In this document: one piece after another, positions 19,407-27,821 of the stretch
How positions within the stretch are numbered: position 1 is the first letter of the stretch
Layout of the letters: every line of letters starts with the position of its first letter
Made by a program: the position numbers and the translations under genes
The notes under the pieces: model-generated
Seen by the model: only the letters and a program-made list of their open reading frames with translations
What the model was told of the DNA's origin: nothing
Databases searched by the model: none
Source of the DNA: a virus
Taxonomy: Duplodnaviria; Caudoviricetes
DNA: 55,100 nucleotides
Strand: one strand, 5' to 3'
IMG/VR virus record: IMGVR_UViG_3300045256_000036
Coordinates: 1 to 55,100 of that record

Positions 19407-21101
19407 CTAATTGATCTCTGCGCTCGAATCTTCGACTAATGTGACAGAAGCCTCATCCGTTTGAACTGCAGTTACTTGTGCCTCGTCTTCTGCTTCAAGA
19501 ACTGTGTTAGCTGTCGAGTTCATAATTGCTTGGATAGATGCAGTAGCAGCAGCTACCAAAGCAACCGTTGCTGAATAGATGTAGTGTACTGCTGACGAAG
19601 CTAACGTTGCTAACCCTCCAATAGGAGAGATAACACCTCCAACCTTCTTGTTAGGCTTCTTAAGAAGTGAGCCTGTAAAGGTTAGAACAGCTTGTAGTAG
19701 CTTACTCGGTTTTCTTTTCAGCGAACCCGTCGGGCTAATTAATCCTTGAAGTTTCTTGTTTGGTTTTCTCTTAAGTGTGCCAGAAGGAGCAATCAGTCCT
19801 TGAATTGATTTCTTAGGCTTCTTAAGCAGGACACCTGTAAAACTGAGAACACCTTGAATTACACGTGCTAGTTTCTTACTTAGTGTGCCTACTGGGCTGA
19901 TTGCTCCCTGTAGAAGCTTCTTCGGCTTCTTGTTTAGTGTTCCAACAGATGTGAGTGTGCCTTGAAGAATCTTCTTCGGTTTTCTCGTCAGGATGCCTGT
20001 AGGACTAATAGAACCTTGAACTAGTCGTTTAGGTTTTTTGATTAGTGTTCCGGTAGGAGAGATAGAACCCTGAACGACTTTCTTTGGTTTTCTAGTCAGC
20101 GTACCTGTAGGAGATATCGAACCTGAAACATTCTTCTTAGGCTTCTTGTTTATCGTTCCAGAAGGTGTGAAGGCGCCCGCTAAACGCTTCTTCGGGAATC
20201 TCGACACTATTCCTGTCGGTGAGATTGCTCCCGCGCAACTCTTGAATGCTTTCCGAATCTTCGACAGCGTAGCAGTAGGAGAGATCGAGCCCGTCAGCGA
20301 CTTCTTCGGCTTCTTCAAGAGGGTGCCTGCGAAGCTCAACACACCTGATACGATCTTCTTCGGCCATTTCTTTACCGTGCCTGTAGGACTGATCGAACCT
20401 GATACTGCTTGAAATCTTGCTACTTCGTGAAGGAAGTTTCCTAGAGGTCTGTAGATTCTAGGATTGTCTGCTGTTGTAGGCGTGTTTACTAGCGTAGCGT
20501 TGATCTGCCCTACAAAGTCCGGTTCTGGAGAAGCACCGATACAAGGCCAGTAACGAACAAGTGCTGTAGGCCTAATTAGTAGTGGACAGGTCCCTGCTGC
20601 CAGCGATGCTGCCTCATCATCGGTAAGAGCTACATTCCAGATAGCAGCTTCTGCGATTCTGCCATCCATATAACCTGCAGGGGATAGACGATCGAGAACA
20701 CCGATCGTACATCTATTCATACTTGCAGGGAACGTAGCTGTTGAAGATGATGTTCCTTTACTTCCTCCGTTGATGTATGCTCTTCTATCGTTGGACGCTG
20801 CAAAGACTCCGCAAGCATGAATCCACTGGTTAGGAGCTAATCCTGTAGTCGTCAATGCAGCAGCATCAGAAGCACCTGCATTTTGCTGTGTCTCTGCATT
20901 GATTGTTTGTGGACTAGAAGCTCCTCTATATTCAAGCTGGTGCCAGTCACCATTACCAGAAGACTTCGCCATACAGATCAACGTCATACCATTACTACTT
21001 ACTGGGTAACACCAACAAGCAAGTGTAAACGGATATGCGCTAATTGGTACGGTAGTCGTTCTGAGTGCTTGACTAGACGATCTGGCGAAGCTCCTCGCCA
21101 C
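19407..21101 (-). CDS. LamG/concanavalin-like domain protein with 14 basic 18-aa repeats
   Basis: FTLACW, QWIHACGV, YING, GRIAEAAIWNVALTDDE (LamG); repeats xGxISPTGTLxKKPKKxx. Confidence 0.75.
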   Translation of the reverse strand: MARSFARSSSQALRTTTVPISAYPFTLACWCYPVSSNGMTLICMAKSSGNGDWHQLEYRGASSPQTINAETQQNAGASDAAALTTTGLAPNQWIHACGVFAASNDRRAYINGGSKGTSSSTATFPASMNRCTIGVLDRLSPAGYMDGRIAEAAIWNVALTDDEAASLAAGTCPLLIRPTALVRYWPCIGASPEPDFVGQINATLVNTPTTADNPRIYRPLGNFLHEVARFQAVSGSISPTGTVKKWPKKIVSGVLSFAGTLLKKPKKSLTGSISPTATLSKIRKAFKSCAGAISPTGIVSRFPKKRLAGAFTPSGTINKKPKKNVSGSISPTGTLTRKPKKVVQGSISPTGTLIKKPKRLVQGSISPTGILTRKPKKILQGTLTSVGTLNKKPKKLLQGAISPVGTLSKKLARVIQGVLSFTGVLLKKPKKSIQGLIAPSGTLKRKPNKKLQGLISPTGSLKRKPSKLLQAVLTFTGSLLKKPNKKVGGVISPIGGLATLASSAVHYIYSATVALVAAATASIQAIMNSTANTVLEAEDEAQVTAVQTDEASVTLVEDSSAEIN

Positions 21102-21596
21102 CTAAGTCTCCTTGATTTCGATCCTTAGGATCTCTGCATCACCTGTCATGGTGTCTGCTGCGTCTGCCGCCTTCCGTGCAATCTTCAATCTGAACGACTC
21201 ACCTGCAGCAAGGTTATCCATATTAGCACCACTACTAAAGGTGATCGTTGTGACTAGGACTTGTCCTGATGTACCAGGAGCTGTCCCTGTATTTGTTTGT
21301 TCTGTTGCAAAGCTGTCTGCATCGAGGTCATCTGTAGATGCTTGATGACGCTCGATTGATCCACCCCATTTAACCACTCCTGTTGTGGCTGAAGTTGCCA
21401 TCCAGTAGATGCTGAGCGTAAGACCGCCCCCGCCGTAGTTGCGAGGTAATACGTCATTGAAGTATGCGGCCTCTTCTGTTGCAGCATCAAACTGCAGGAT
21501 AGGATGGGCGTTTCGATATGCTATGTTTGGAAAGTTAGAAGAGGGTAGGGTGAACCCTAGGGCGTTAGACTTAGATAATGTTTGTCCTGATGCCAT
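21102..21596 (-). CDS. virion structural protein (jelly-roll-like)
   Basis: Co-oriented, abutting neighbours; Thr/Ala/Gly-rich. Confidence 0.55.
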   Translation of the reverse strand: MASGQTLSKSNALGFTLPSSNFPNIAYRNAHPILQFDAATEEAAYFNDVLPRNYGGGGLTLSIYWMATSATTGVVKWGGSIERHQASTDDLDADSFATEQTNTGTAPGTSGQVLVTTITFSSGANMDNLAAGESFRLKIARKAADAADTMTGDAEILRIEIKET

Positions 21597-21600
21597 AGGG

Positions 21601-21837
21601 CTACCCTACCCTCTTAAGAGCGACTGCTGCAAATAATGCAAGCTTTTCAGCTGCCGTTAAATTCTGACGTGCTGCTACAGACAGAGCCTGATTGAAGCTA
21701 GCTGTATTAGCTTCAATTCAATTATCGATAGCATCAACAGCTGCTCGAAGTTCAGGCTTAGTAAGAGAAGCGCCTATGCCGGAGCGCATCTGATCAGCCC
21801 AAACATCGACTCGCTTTGCGTCAGGTAGTACAGCCAT
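21601..21837 (-). pseudogene. 78-codon ORF interrupted by an in-frame TGA (codon 40); not in the ORF track
   Basis: MAVLPDAKRVDVWADQMRSGIGASLTKPELRAAVDAIDN*IEANTASFNQALSVAARQNLTAAEKLALFAAVALKRVG exactly fills the gap between 21596 and 21859. Confidence 0.65.
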
Positions 21838-21858
21838 AAGAAGCTCGCTTGTGTTGCT

Positions 21859-22503
21859 TTAGCCGCCCGAATTGATCGTGCACTGGTAGGTAAACTGAAG
21901 TTGTTCGCCACTTGCCATGTTAACGACAGAGAACAACGTTCTGTCCCACAGTGTACCGCCGCCAGTAGCTGCCTGCGAGAACAAACCATGTTCAGTAATA
22001 GCTGCAGTTGCGTCGAACGTCACAGTTCCAACAGACTGCAAAATATTACTGGACGGCTGACTCTGGGTTCCAGTTGCTCGCGTATTGTCAGGGTTAAGGG
22101 CCGTAGTCGACTCTGTCACCAGGGCGGTATCACCGGCAGCCTCTGCAGTTCCTCCAGTACCGCAACCATGATACTTCATGGTCGTTATGTCGTTGGTGGC
22201 AGAAGCTGTATTGTCATCCCAGTCGTCAACTAGGAAGGCAACTCCCGCGTTGGTAACAACACGATAGCCGACGACACCGTAATCGATCCAGGTTCCGTCC
22301 AGACAACGCTTCTTGATCCTCAAACTACTGGTAATTGTAGGAATACCAGTCAGTCGTGAGAATCCTTTAGCAATCTGAACGTTGACCCAGCCGAGGAGAA
22401 ATCCCAACCTCATAGCGTTCTTCAAACGCCACGAAAGTGGAGCCTTCTTAGGCGGGATCTTTTTCATTGTGAGTCGGCCTGACGGGCCGATAGCACCTTG
22501 CAT
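21859..22503 (-). CDS. virion structural protein (tail-fiber-like N-terminal module)
   Basis: VVTNAG...GCGTGGTAEAAGDTALVTE...ITEHGLF...GTLWDR pattern typical of fiber/baseplate domains. Confidence 0.6.
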   Translation of the reverse strand: MQGAIGPSGRLTMKKIPPKKAPLSWRLKNAMRLGFLLGWVNVQIAKGFSRLTGIPTITSSLRIKKRCLDGTWIDYGVVGYRVVTNAGVAFLVDDWDDNTASATNDITTMKYHGCGTGGTAEAAGDTALVTESTTALNPDNTRATGTQSQPSSNILQSVGTVTFDATAAITEHGLFSQAATGGGTLWDRTLFSVVNMASGEQLQFTYQCTINSGG

Positions 22504-22530
22504 CGCGAACTCCTTAGCCTAAGGCTTGGA

Positions 22531-23028
22531 CTAGAACACCTCTTCGAACAGTTCCTTCGCGATCATTTTGACGGCACTCTCAACACTATCTTCGGGATCA
22601 AGCATGCCCTTGATGTTAGCGAAGACCTTATCATCGTGATCATCACGAAGTTTGTCGGCTGCCATTGGCAACAGTGCATTGAGAACCGTACCGGCAAGTC
22701 CTGGAATAGGAAGACCATCCAGAAGATGCTTGATCGTATGCTTGCTGATCTGGTAGAGGTAGTCTCTAACTAGGATGTATTCAGCCTGATCAGAAGTAAT
22801 CTTCTTAGCAGGAGTTACACCCTTGTTTTCGTAGTAAGTGACGCACTCTGTAATGGCAAGATTAACAGCCTTCTGGGAGCGGTCGCGTCCGATGTTGTTA
22901 ACCATATGAGCAGGGTCAACGCCGAACATCTTGAGGACAGGACTGATACTGTCCACAAGCTTCTTAGCGTCACCTAGCTTGCTGCCGATGTTACCGAGAT
23001 TGAGTCCGCCGCCTAGATTGAAACTCAT
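22531..23028 (-). CDS. hypothetical protein
   Basis: GGAG RBS; co-oriented. Confidence 0.6.
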   Translation of the reverse strand: MSFNLGGGLNLGNIGSKLGDAKKLVDSISPVLKMFGVDPAHMVNNIGRDRSQKAVNLAITECVTYYENKGVTPAKKITSDQAEYILVRDYLYQISKHTIKHLLDGLPIPGLAGTVLNALLPMAADKLRDDHDDKVFANIKGMLDPEDSVESAVKMIAKELFEEVF

Positions 23029-23029
23029 C

Positions 23030-23632
23030 TTACTCTCCCTTAGCAGGATGGATCTTGAGTGGATCGGGGTCGATTACCTGAAACGTCTCAGAAAAGTATC
23101 TTGCTGGTAGCGCTCGTTTCTCGAGCTGTGCACTTGCCCAACCTTCAAGAATGTATTCTCCTGTTGAGAGGTTTTCAGGTAGTCGTCGATAGAGTACTGT
23201 CTGCTCCACACCTTTTTTAGCTACCCTACCTAAGATAGGTCCTGGATACGACTCACCTGTAGAAAGGTTCTGCCAGGTGTCTAGTGTCAGAATAGCTATG
23301 TTGTCTTGTGAGATTTCTTTCAAGAAGTCAAATCGGATCGTATCGCCTGGATGGTAGACACGCTGTTCTACTACATGCAGTTGTGAAAACTTTACAGGGC
23401 TCGGAATAGCATTTGCCGAGTCTTTGACCGTCAACTGAATGCAGTAAAGATAGGCTGTGAAGAACACAGCAGCTCCAACCACAGCGATGTTTGACCAGAT
23501 CTTTCTACGTCGTGCTCTCTGCGCGGACATAGCCTGCTGCTCACCGCAGGTGAAGCCTTCTTCTGGAATGTAGAATAAGGCTAGGTTGTCGTTACTATCC
23601 TCTTCCCTTCTCACTGGCCGTAGGAGATTCAT
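23030..23632 (-). CDS. membrane-anchored protein
   Basis: TM segment IWSNIAVVGAAVFFTAYLYCI. Confidence 0.6.
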   Translation of the reverse strand: MNLLRPVRREEDSNDNLALFYIPEEGFTCGEQQAMSAQRARRRKIWSNIAVVGAAVFFTAYLYCIQLTVKDSANAIPSPVKFSQLHVVEQRVYHPGDTIRFDFLKEISQDNIAILTLDTWQNLSTGESYPGPILGRVAKKGVEQTVLYRRLPENLSTGEYILEGWASAQLEKRALPARYFSETFQVIDPDPLKIHPAKGE

Positions 23633-23892
23633 CTCTTACCTTTTCTGCGCTCGGACTCAGCGATTTCTACTTCCTTGAGTAGTTCGTGAAGTTCTTGCGT
23701 CATGCGTGGCGTTACTTCTTGTGCTAAAAGACTTAAACTGACGGCCCGGGTAAGTCTATCGATCGCCTCGGTTTGTTTGTTTTGCAGTACTTCATTTCTC
23801 AGCATGAACCACGTCAAGACACAACCAATAGCTCCGAAATTCAGCAAAGGAGCTACGAAGTCCGGAGAAATTGTGATGGGTCCTGCAACCAT
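23629..23892 (-). CDS. putative holin-like membrane protein
   Basis: 87 aa, N-terminal TM helix followed by coiled coil and basic C-terminus. Confidence 0.5.
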   Translation of the reverse strand: MVAGPITISPDFVAPLLNFGAIGCVLTWFMLRNEVLQNKQTEAIDRLTRAVSLSLLAQEVTPRMTQELHELLKEVEIAESERRKGKR

Positions 23893-23895
23893 GTA

Positions 23896-25500
23896 CTATC
23901 TCACTTGGTACGTGGATAAAACCGGTCTATTTCCTCCTGCTAACGCTTTCTGCTGGTAAAGAAGTACGGGTGCAAAGGCAAGGGCTAGTGCGTCGGCCCT
24001 ATCTGGAGATGGTAAGCCTCTCTTGGCCATCTCTTCTTTCGTTTCTACTTGAATCTTGCCTCGACTGTCGTGCGTATACTGCAGAGCTGTTAGCTGTGCT
24101 TGCGTCCGGTTGTCGAGTAGAGGACCGATTTCTCCTTCTCGTAACCTTTCCCGAAGAGCCCAGAAGATCTCGTCTCGTAAGAAACGAAATCTTTCTTTAT
24201 CAGTAGGAGAGGAGCCAACAATGACAGCGTTGATATTAACGCCAGGACAAGTTTCCCGAAGTCGGTCAGCTACACCGGCGCCAATACCAGTTGCGTCAAC
24301 GTTAACGCATTCTACTGAGTAATCAACTACCATCCTTCTAATTCTACCAGCAGTCTCCATGAGATCTACTTTACGCCAGAATTCACTATGAAGGATGTAT
24401 GGGCCCTTCCTAATATAGACTGCAGACTCCGCCGAGCCATACCTGGCAATATCAGCTCCCAGTGTAACACGCTCCTGGTGTATGATAGGTCGCCAGATTG
24501 CAGATTGTGAAGGGTTGAATTGAGTGATGATTACATCACGAGGGTTGATTCTAACGTTGATGAATCGATTCCTAGCGGACTCGACCCAGCTTAGAGCTAT
24601 AAGTGACTTATCACTCTGATCGGGGAACTCGCCGAGAACGCGACTCTTGAAGAGAGGAGAATCAGCACCCCATTCCCTCTCTCGATCTCTTACCCACTTA
24701 GGCTGAACAAGTTTAGGAGCAATCGCTTGAGGTATCCGCTCTCCTGTGAAGTTGGGACTATCGAGTGCACTGATGTGAACTGTTTTATAGATGTCCCTGA
24801 GCGAATGGTGCGTGTCGTAGAACTTGCCAGACGTCGAAGTAGGGTTTCCGATCATCATCAGAATGGCGTATTCATTGGTAAGGATACCTTCAATAACTTC
24901 GAAGATTTCCTCAGCAACGCCGGCTGCCTCATCAACGATCACCATAATGTGACCGCCTTGAGGGTGGAAGCCCTGGAACTTGTTACCGTCATCGGTAGCA
25001 AATCCCATAGCATACCACTGATCGGAGAGTTCGAGCATCGTAGTTAAGCAGCGGCCTGGGAGGCCCGCTCTTGCATGATGCCCTCTAATCTCACGCCACA
25101 ACAGCTCTTTGACCTGACGAGCTGTTGGTGCTGTAGTGATCAGGATTGAATTTTCAAAGGAGTACAGATGCCACAATCCCGCGGCTGCACAGATTGCGGT
25201 CTTTCCAACCCCGTGACACGATCTAATCGAAATCCGTGAATGGTCCTTCAACGCATTCAGGATCTCTCGCTGCTTGCTCCAAGGGAAGAAGTTCAGTTCG
25301 TCCCTCACAAAAGCTATCGGGTTCTTCTGGTAGACTGAGTAGTCCTTCCCCAGAGTCGGTTTCTGATCTGAATTCAGCGTCGATGAATTCAGTTCGATCC
25401 CCCTCGCCTCCAACTCCTTCGTCAATGCCAGGAGTTCCTGCTCTAGCGAGGGTGCGCTGGATCTCTCTAACCCGGGCAACAATCTGTTCGGGAGTGGCAT
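23896..25500 (-). CDS. terL: terminase large subunit
   Basis: PWSKQ (Q motif), SCHGVGKT (Walker A), IVDEAAG (Walker B), GNPT, GADIARYG, VDATGIG, SPDRADA nuclease motifs. Confidence 0.95.
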   Translation of the reverse strand: MPLPNRLLPGLERSSAPSLEQELLALTKELEARGIELNSSTLNSDQKPTLGKDYSVYQKNPIAFVRDELNFFPWSKQREILNALKDHSRISIRSCHGVGKTAICAAAGLWHLYSFENSILITTAPTARQVKELLWREIRGHHARAGLPGRCLTTMLELSDQWYAMGFATDDGNKFQGFHPQGGHIMVIVDEAAGVAEEIFEVIEGILTNEYAILMMIGNPTSTSGKFYDTHHSLRDIYKTVHISALDSPNFTGERIPQAIAPKLVQPKWVRDREREWGADSPLFKSRVLGEFPDQSDKSLIALSWVESARNRFINVRINPRDVIITQFNPSQSAIWRPIIHQERVTLGADIARYGSAESAVYIRKGPYILHSEFWRKVDLMETAGRIRRMVVDYSVECVNVDATGIGAGVADRLRETCPGVNINAVIVGSSPTDKERFRFLRDEIFWALRERLREGEIGPLLDNRTQAQLTALQYTHDSRGKIQVETKEEMAKRGLPSPDRADALALAFAPVLLYQQKALAGGNRPVLSTYQVR

Positions 25501-25972
25501 TCTGTACCTGGTGGATCCAGTCGGGAAGTTCTCGAACTTTCCTTTGTATTTCGATTCCGAGCTTTGCAGCGTTTATTGCGTCTCTAGCATTATCAATAGG
25601 CATGTTCTCAAGGAACTCAACTGCCCTATCGATAAGCCTGTTTCCAACTTGGTAGTGCTTGTCGAGCATCGTGGCTACAGACTCTGCAGCCTTGCTCTCC
25701 ATCAACTCTCTGGCTTTCTGCCGTCGGAGGATGAGACGAGACTTCCACTCGTACCAGACTTCGTATCTTTGAACAGTTCTTCGAGCTAACCCGGTAGCAG
25801 CACAAGTTTTGGATATGTTACCACCATTGCTGAAGTAAGCCTCAAAGGCATCTAGGGTAATTTGTGTTTCTTGTCGTGGACCGCCACCTCTGGTAGGTCT
25901 ATTGGCACCTATCCAGTCGGTCTTAATATCTGCAGGTCCGCCGTAATCTCCAAGATCAATTAGGTTACCCAT
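25223..25972 (-). CDS. terS: terminase small subunit (HTH)
   Basis: AFEAY...NISKTCAATGLARRTVQRYEVWYEW HTH directly upstream of and overlapping terL. Confidence 0.65.
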   Translation of the reverse strand: MGNLIDLGDYGGPADIKTDWIGANRPTRGGGPRQETQITLDAFEAYFSNGGNISKTCAATGLARRTVQRYEVWYEWKSRLILRRQKARELMESKAAESVATMLDKHYQVGNRLIDRAVEFLENMPIDNARDAINAAKLGIEIQRKVRELPDWIHQVQNATPEQIVARVREIQRTLARAGTPGIDEGVGGEGDRTEFIDAEFRSETDSGEGLLSLPEEPDSFCEGRTELLPLEQAARDPECVEGPFTDFD

Positions 25973-25983
25973 GTACGCCTCGG

Positions 25984-26247
25984 TTACCGTTCTATTAACT
26001 CGTACAAGTCCTGTTCATCGAGTGGCACGCACTCCGTACTTAAACCCATTGAGTTGAGTGTGCTAACTAACTCATAAGGGTTGTTGACATAAATTTGTAC
26101 AGCCGTCTGCTTAAGGAGATCAGCCAGTCGCTCAACAGCCCTGGACTCGAATGAATTCGCCTGTCGAAGATCAATCAGCGCAGGACAGTCAGGTAGCGAA
26201 TATATGTCAACGCATCTGACGTCTCCTTGTGGGACTATGTTGTGCAT
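25984..26247 (-). CDS. hypothetical protein
   Basis: First ORF after the promoter at 26286-26315. Confidence 0.5.
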   Translation of the reverse strand: MHNIVPQGDVRCVDIYSLPDCPALIDLRQANSFESRAVERLADLLKQTAVQIYVNNPYELVSTLNSMGLSTECVPLDEQDLYELIER

Positions 26248-26285
26248 CTCTCTTTATGGATTTGAGGTCCACTTAATCCATGATT

Positions 26286-26315
26286 ATTATATATCGGAAG
26301 CTCGGGAGAAATCAC
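26286..26315 (-). promoter_or_regulatory. sigma70-type promoter with CTCC box (late arm)
   Basis: gtgatt-tctcccgagcttccgata-tataat, 18-bp spacer. Confidence 0.6.
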
Positions 26316-26620
26316 GCACATTATCTATAAACTCCCATTGTGTATTTATTGAGTTCTTTTAGAGACATTATTGAGTGTTCCTGTAGTCCCGGTAATATGG
26401 TAGGAATATATGCCCAGCAAGGCGGCACAGCTCTAACGGAGGAGAGAACCAATCCCTGCTCACGGCTAGCTCCTCGGGCATCCAGCGACTTCGACTGTAA
26501 TAACTACAACATATATCTATAACTATTATTTATGATTATGAATATTCATATTCTAATCAATTTATTGAATAGCTAACTAACATATATTATGAACGAATGT
26601 TATAAATTATCCTCTCAATT

Positions 26621-26787
26621 GGGGGGTTTGGGGGGGGTGGAGGAGGTTAAAATATTTATTTGTTAGATAGTCGTATTTAGGGAGATGAATATTCAATATC
26701 ATAAAATATAGGAAGGGAAGGAATATAAAAATATTCATATAATATATAAATATATACACTCCTCATCCCCCCCATAGAACCCCCCCC
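26621..26787. repeat. 167-bp origin-like element, copy B (inverted relative to 27-193)
   Basis: Same length and G-tract/AT core/C-tract layout as copy A; 34-bp exact inverted match. Confidence 0.85.
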
Positions 26788-26916
26788 GGGGGCCTTGGGG
26801 TGGTTCTCTAGATGCCGTCTGCAGTTAGCTGGTTCATGCTTAACTTTCAAGATGACGTCTCTTGTTGTCCGAGGGGACACCTATACGGAAAAAGTGCCCC
26901 CGTTGTGTGAGACGAT

Positions 26917-27008
26917 ATATTATCTATAATACATATATTTAGTAAATTTGTATTCATAAACGGAGTGTTAGTGGTAGATCGACTAAATATATGTATTATA
27001 GATAATAT
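26917..27008. repeat. 27-bp perfect inverted repeat with 38-bp spacer
   Basis: atattatctataatacatatatttagt (26917-26943) / actaaatatatgtattatagataatat (26982-27008). Confidence 0.9.
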
Positions 27009-27120
27009 GTTGTGATTATATTGAGATGATATGATGTTGAATAAATGTTGAGAAAATATGATGTTGAGTAAATGTTATGATATGTTGAGGAAATAAGATG
27101 ATCAGTTAATATAAATGTAG

Positions 27121-27149
27121 TTGCATGTTGAGATTGTATATGTTAAGAT
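27121..27149 (+). promoter_or_regulatory. sigma70-like promoter without CTCC box
   Basis: ttgcat-17 bp-taagat with TG extension, upstream of the first HTH gene. Confidence 0.5.
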
Positions 27150-27196
27150 GTATGTAGTTAAGTAATAGAGCTTAACTGATGATGAGAGGTGTTGAA

Positions 27197-27502
27197 ATGG
27201 AAAGGGAAGTGGTTATGGTTGGTGGTGTGAAGGTGGAGAAGGGTTCGAATGTTGAGAAGATGTTGAGGTTGAATGAGGAGGGTAAGACTGTAGGAGAGAT
27301 TGCTAAGTTGTTGGGGTTAAAGTATCAGGTAGTTTATAATAGTTTGAAGATGAAAGGAGTGGGAGTGAATTTGAAGGAAAAGGGAGAAAGTAAGAGTGAG
27401 AAGATTAGGAAGATGGCTAAGGAAGGTGTGAGTAAAGGAGACATTGCTAAGGAGTTGGGGATTAGTTATCAGTTTGTGTATAATGTGTTGAGTAGGAAGT
27501 AG
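27197..27502 (+). CDS. tandem HTH DNA-binding protein (YQxVYN family)
   Basis: Two HTHs: TVGEIAKLLGLKYQVVYNSL and SKGDIAKELGISYQFVYNVL; GAGGT RBS before the ATG at 27197. Confidence 0.8.
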   Translation: MEREVVMVGGVKVEKGSNVEKMLRLNEEGKTVGEIAKLLGLKYQVVYNSLKMKGVGVNLKEKGESKSEKIRKMAKEGVSKGDIAKELGISYQFVYNVLSRK

Positions 27503-27511
27503 TAGAGAGTT

Positions 27512-27561
27512 GAGATTAGGCTATAGCTTATATTGAAAGATATAGGCTATAGCTTAATTTT
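27512..27561 (+). other. long RNA hairpin with G-U pairs
   Basis: gagattaggctatagcttatat / atataggctatagcttaatttt. Confidence 0.6.
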
Positions 27562-27579
27562 AGGTGAAAGGAGAAAGTG

Positions 27580-27660
27580 ATGAATCCGGCAGTGTTGTTT
27601 ATGATCGTTTGTTTGGTAGCTCATATTGTTGTTGAGTTTGTGATCAGGTGGAGAAAGTAA
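27580..27660 (+). CDS. 26-aa single-TM peptide
   Basis: AAAGGAG RBS; MNPAVLFMIVCLVAHIVVEFVIRWRK. Confidence 0.6.
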   Translation: MNPAVLFMIVCLVAHIVVEFVIRWRK

Positions 27661-27749
27661 TGAAAAGTGAAGTGTTGTTTGATCTGGCAGTGTTGGTTAT
27701 GTTGGTTTTAGCGATCGTAGCTTTAGTGATAGTGTTCGGAAGTAGGTAG
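27660..27749 (+). CDS. 29-aa single-TM peptide
   Basis: TAATG coupling, GGAG RBS; MKSEVLFDLAVLVMLVLAIVALVIVFGSR. Confidence 0.6.
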   Translation: MKSEVLFDLAVLVMLVLAIVALVIVFGSR

Positions 27750-27753
27750 TGTT

Positions 27754-27821
27754 GAGATTTTGTTGCGAGAATGTTGAGTTCTCGTGACAAAATTTTTCTT
27801 GCCCTTCGGGCACAACTTTTT
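27754..27821 (+). terminator. hairpins / terminator closing the C-poor operon
   Basis: gagattttgttgcgagaa...ttctcgtgacaaaatttt followed by gccc-ttcg-ggc and a T-tract. Confidence 0.55.

Noticed and set aside
21718-21720. Genome-wide TGA-to-Trp recoding
   Set aside because: TGA ends many genes (e.g. ATGA overlaps at portal/protease, polA/epimerase, primase) and conserved genes are intact in code 11
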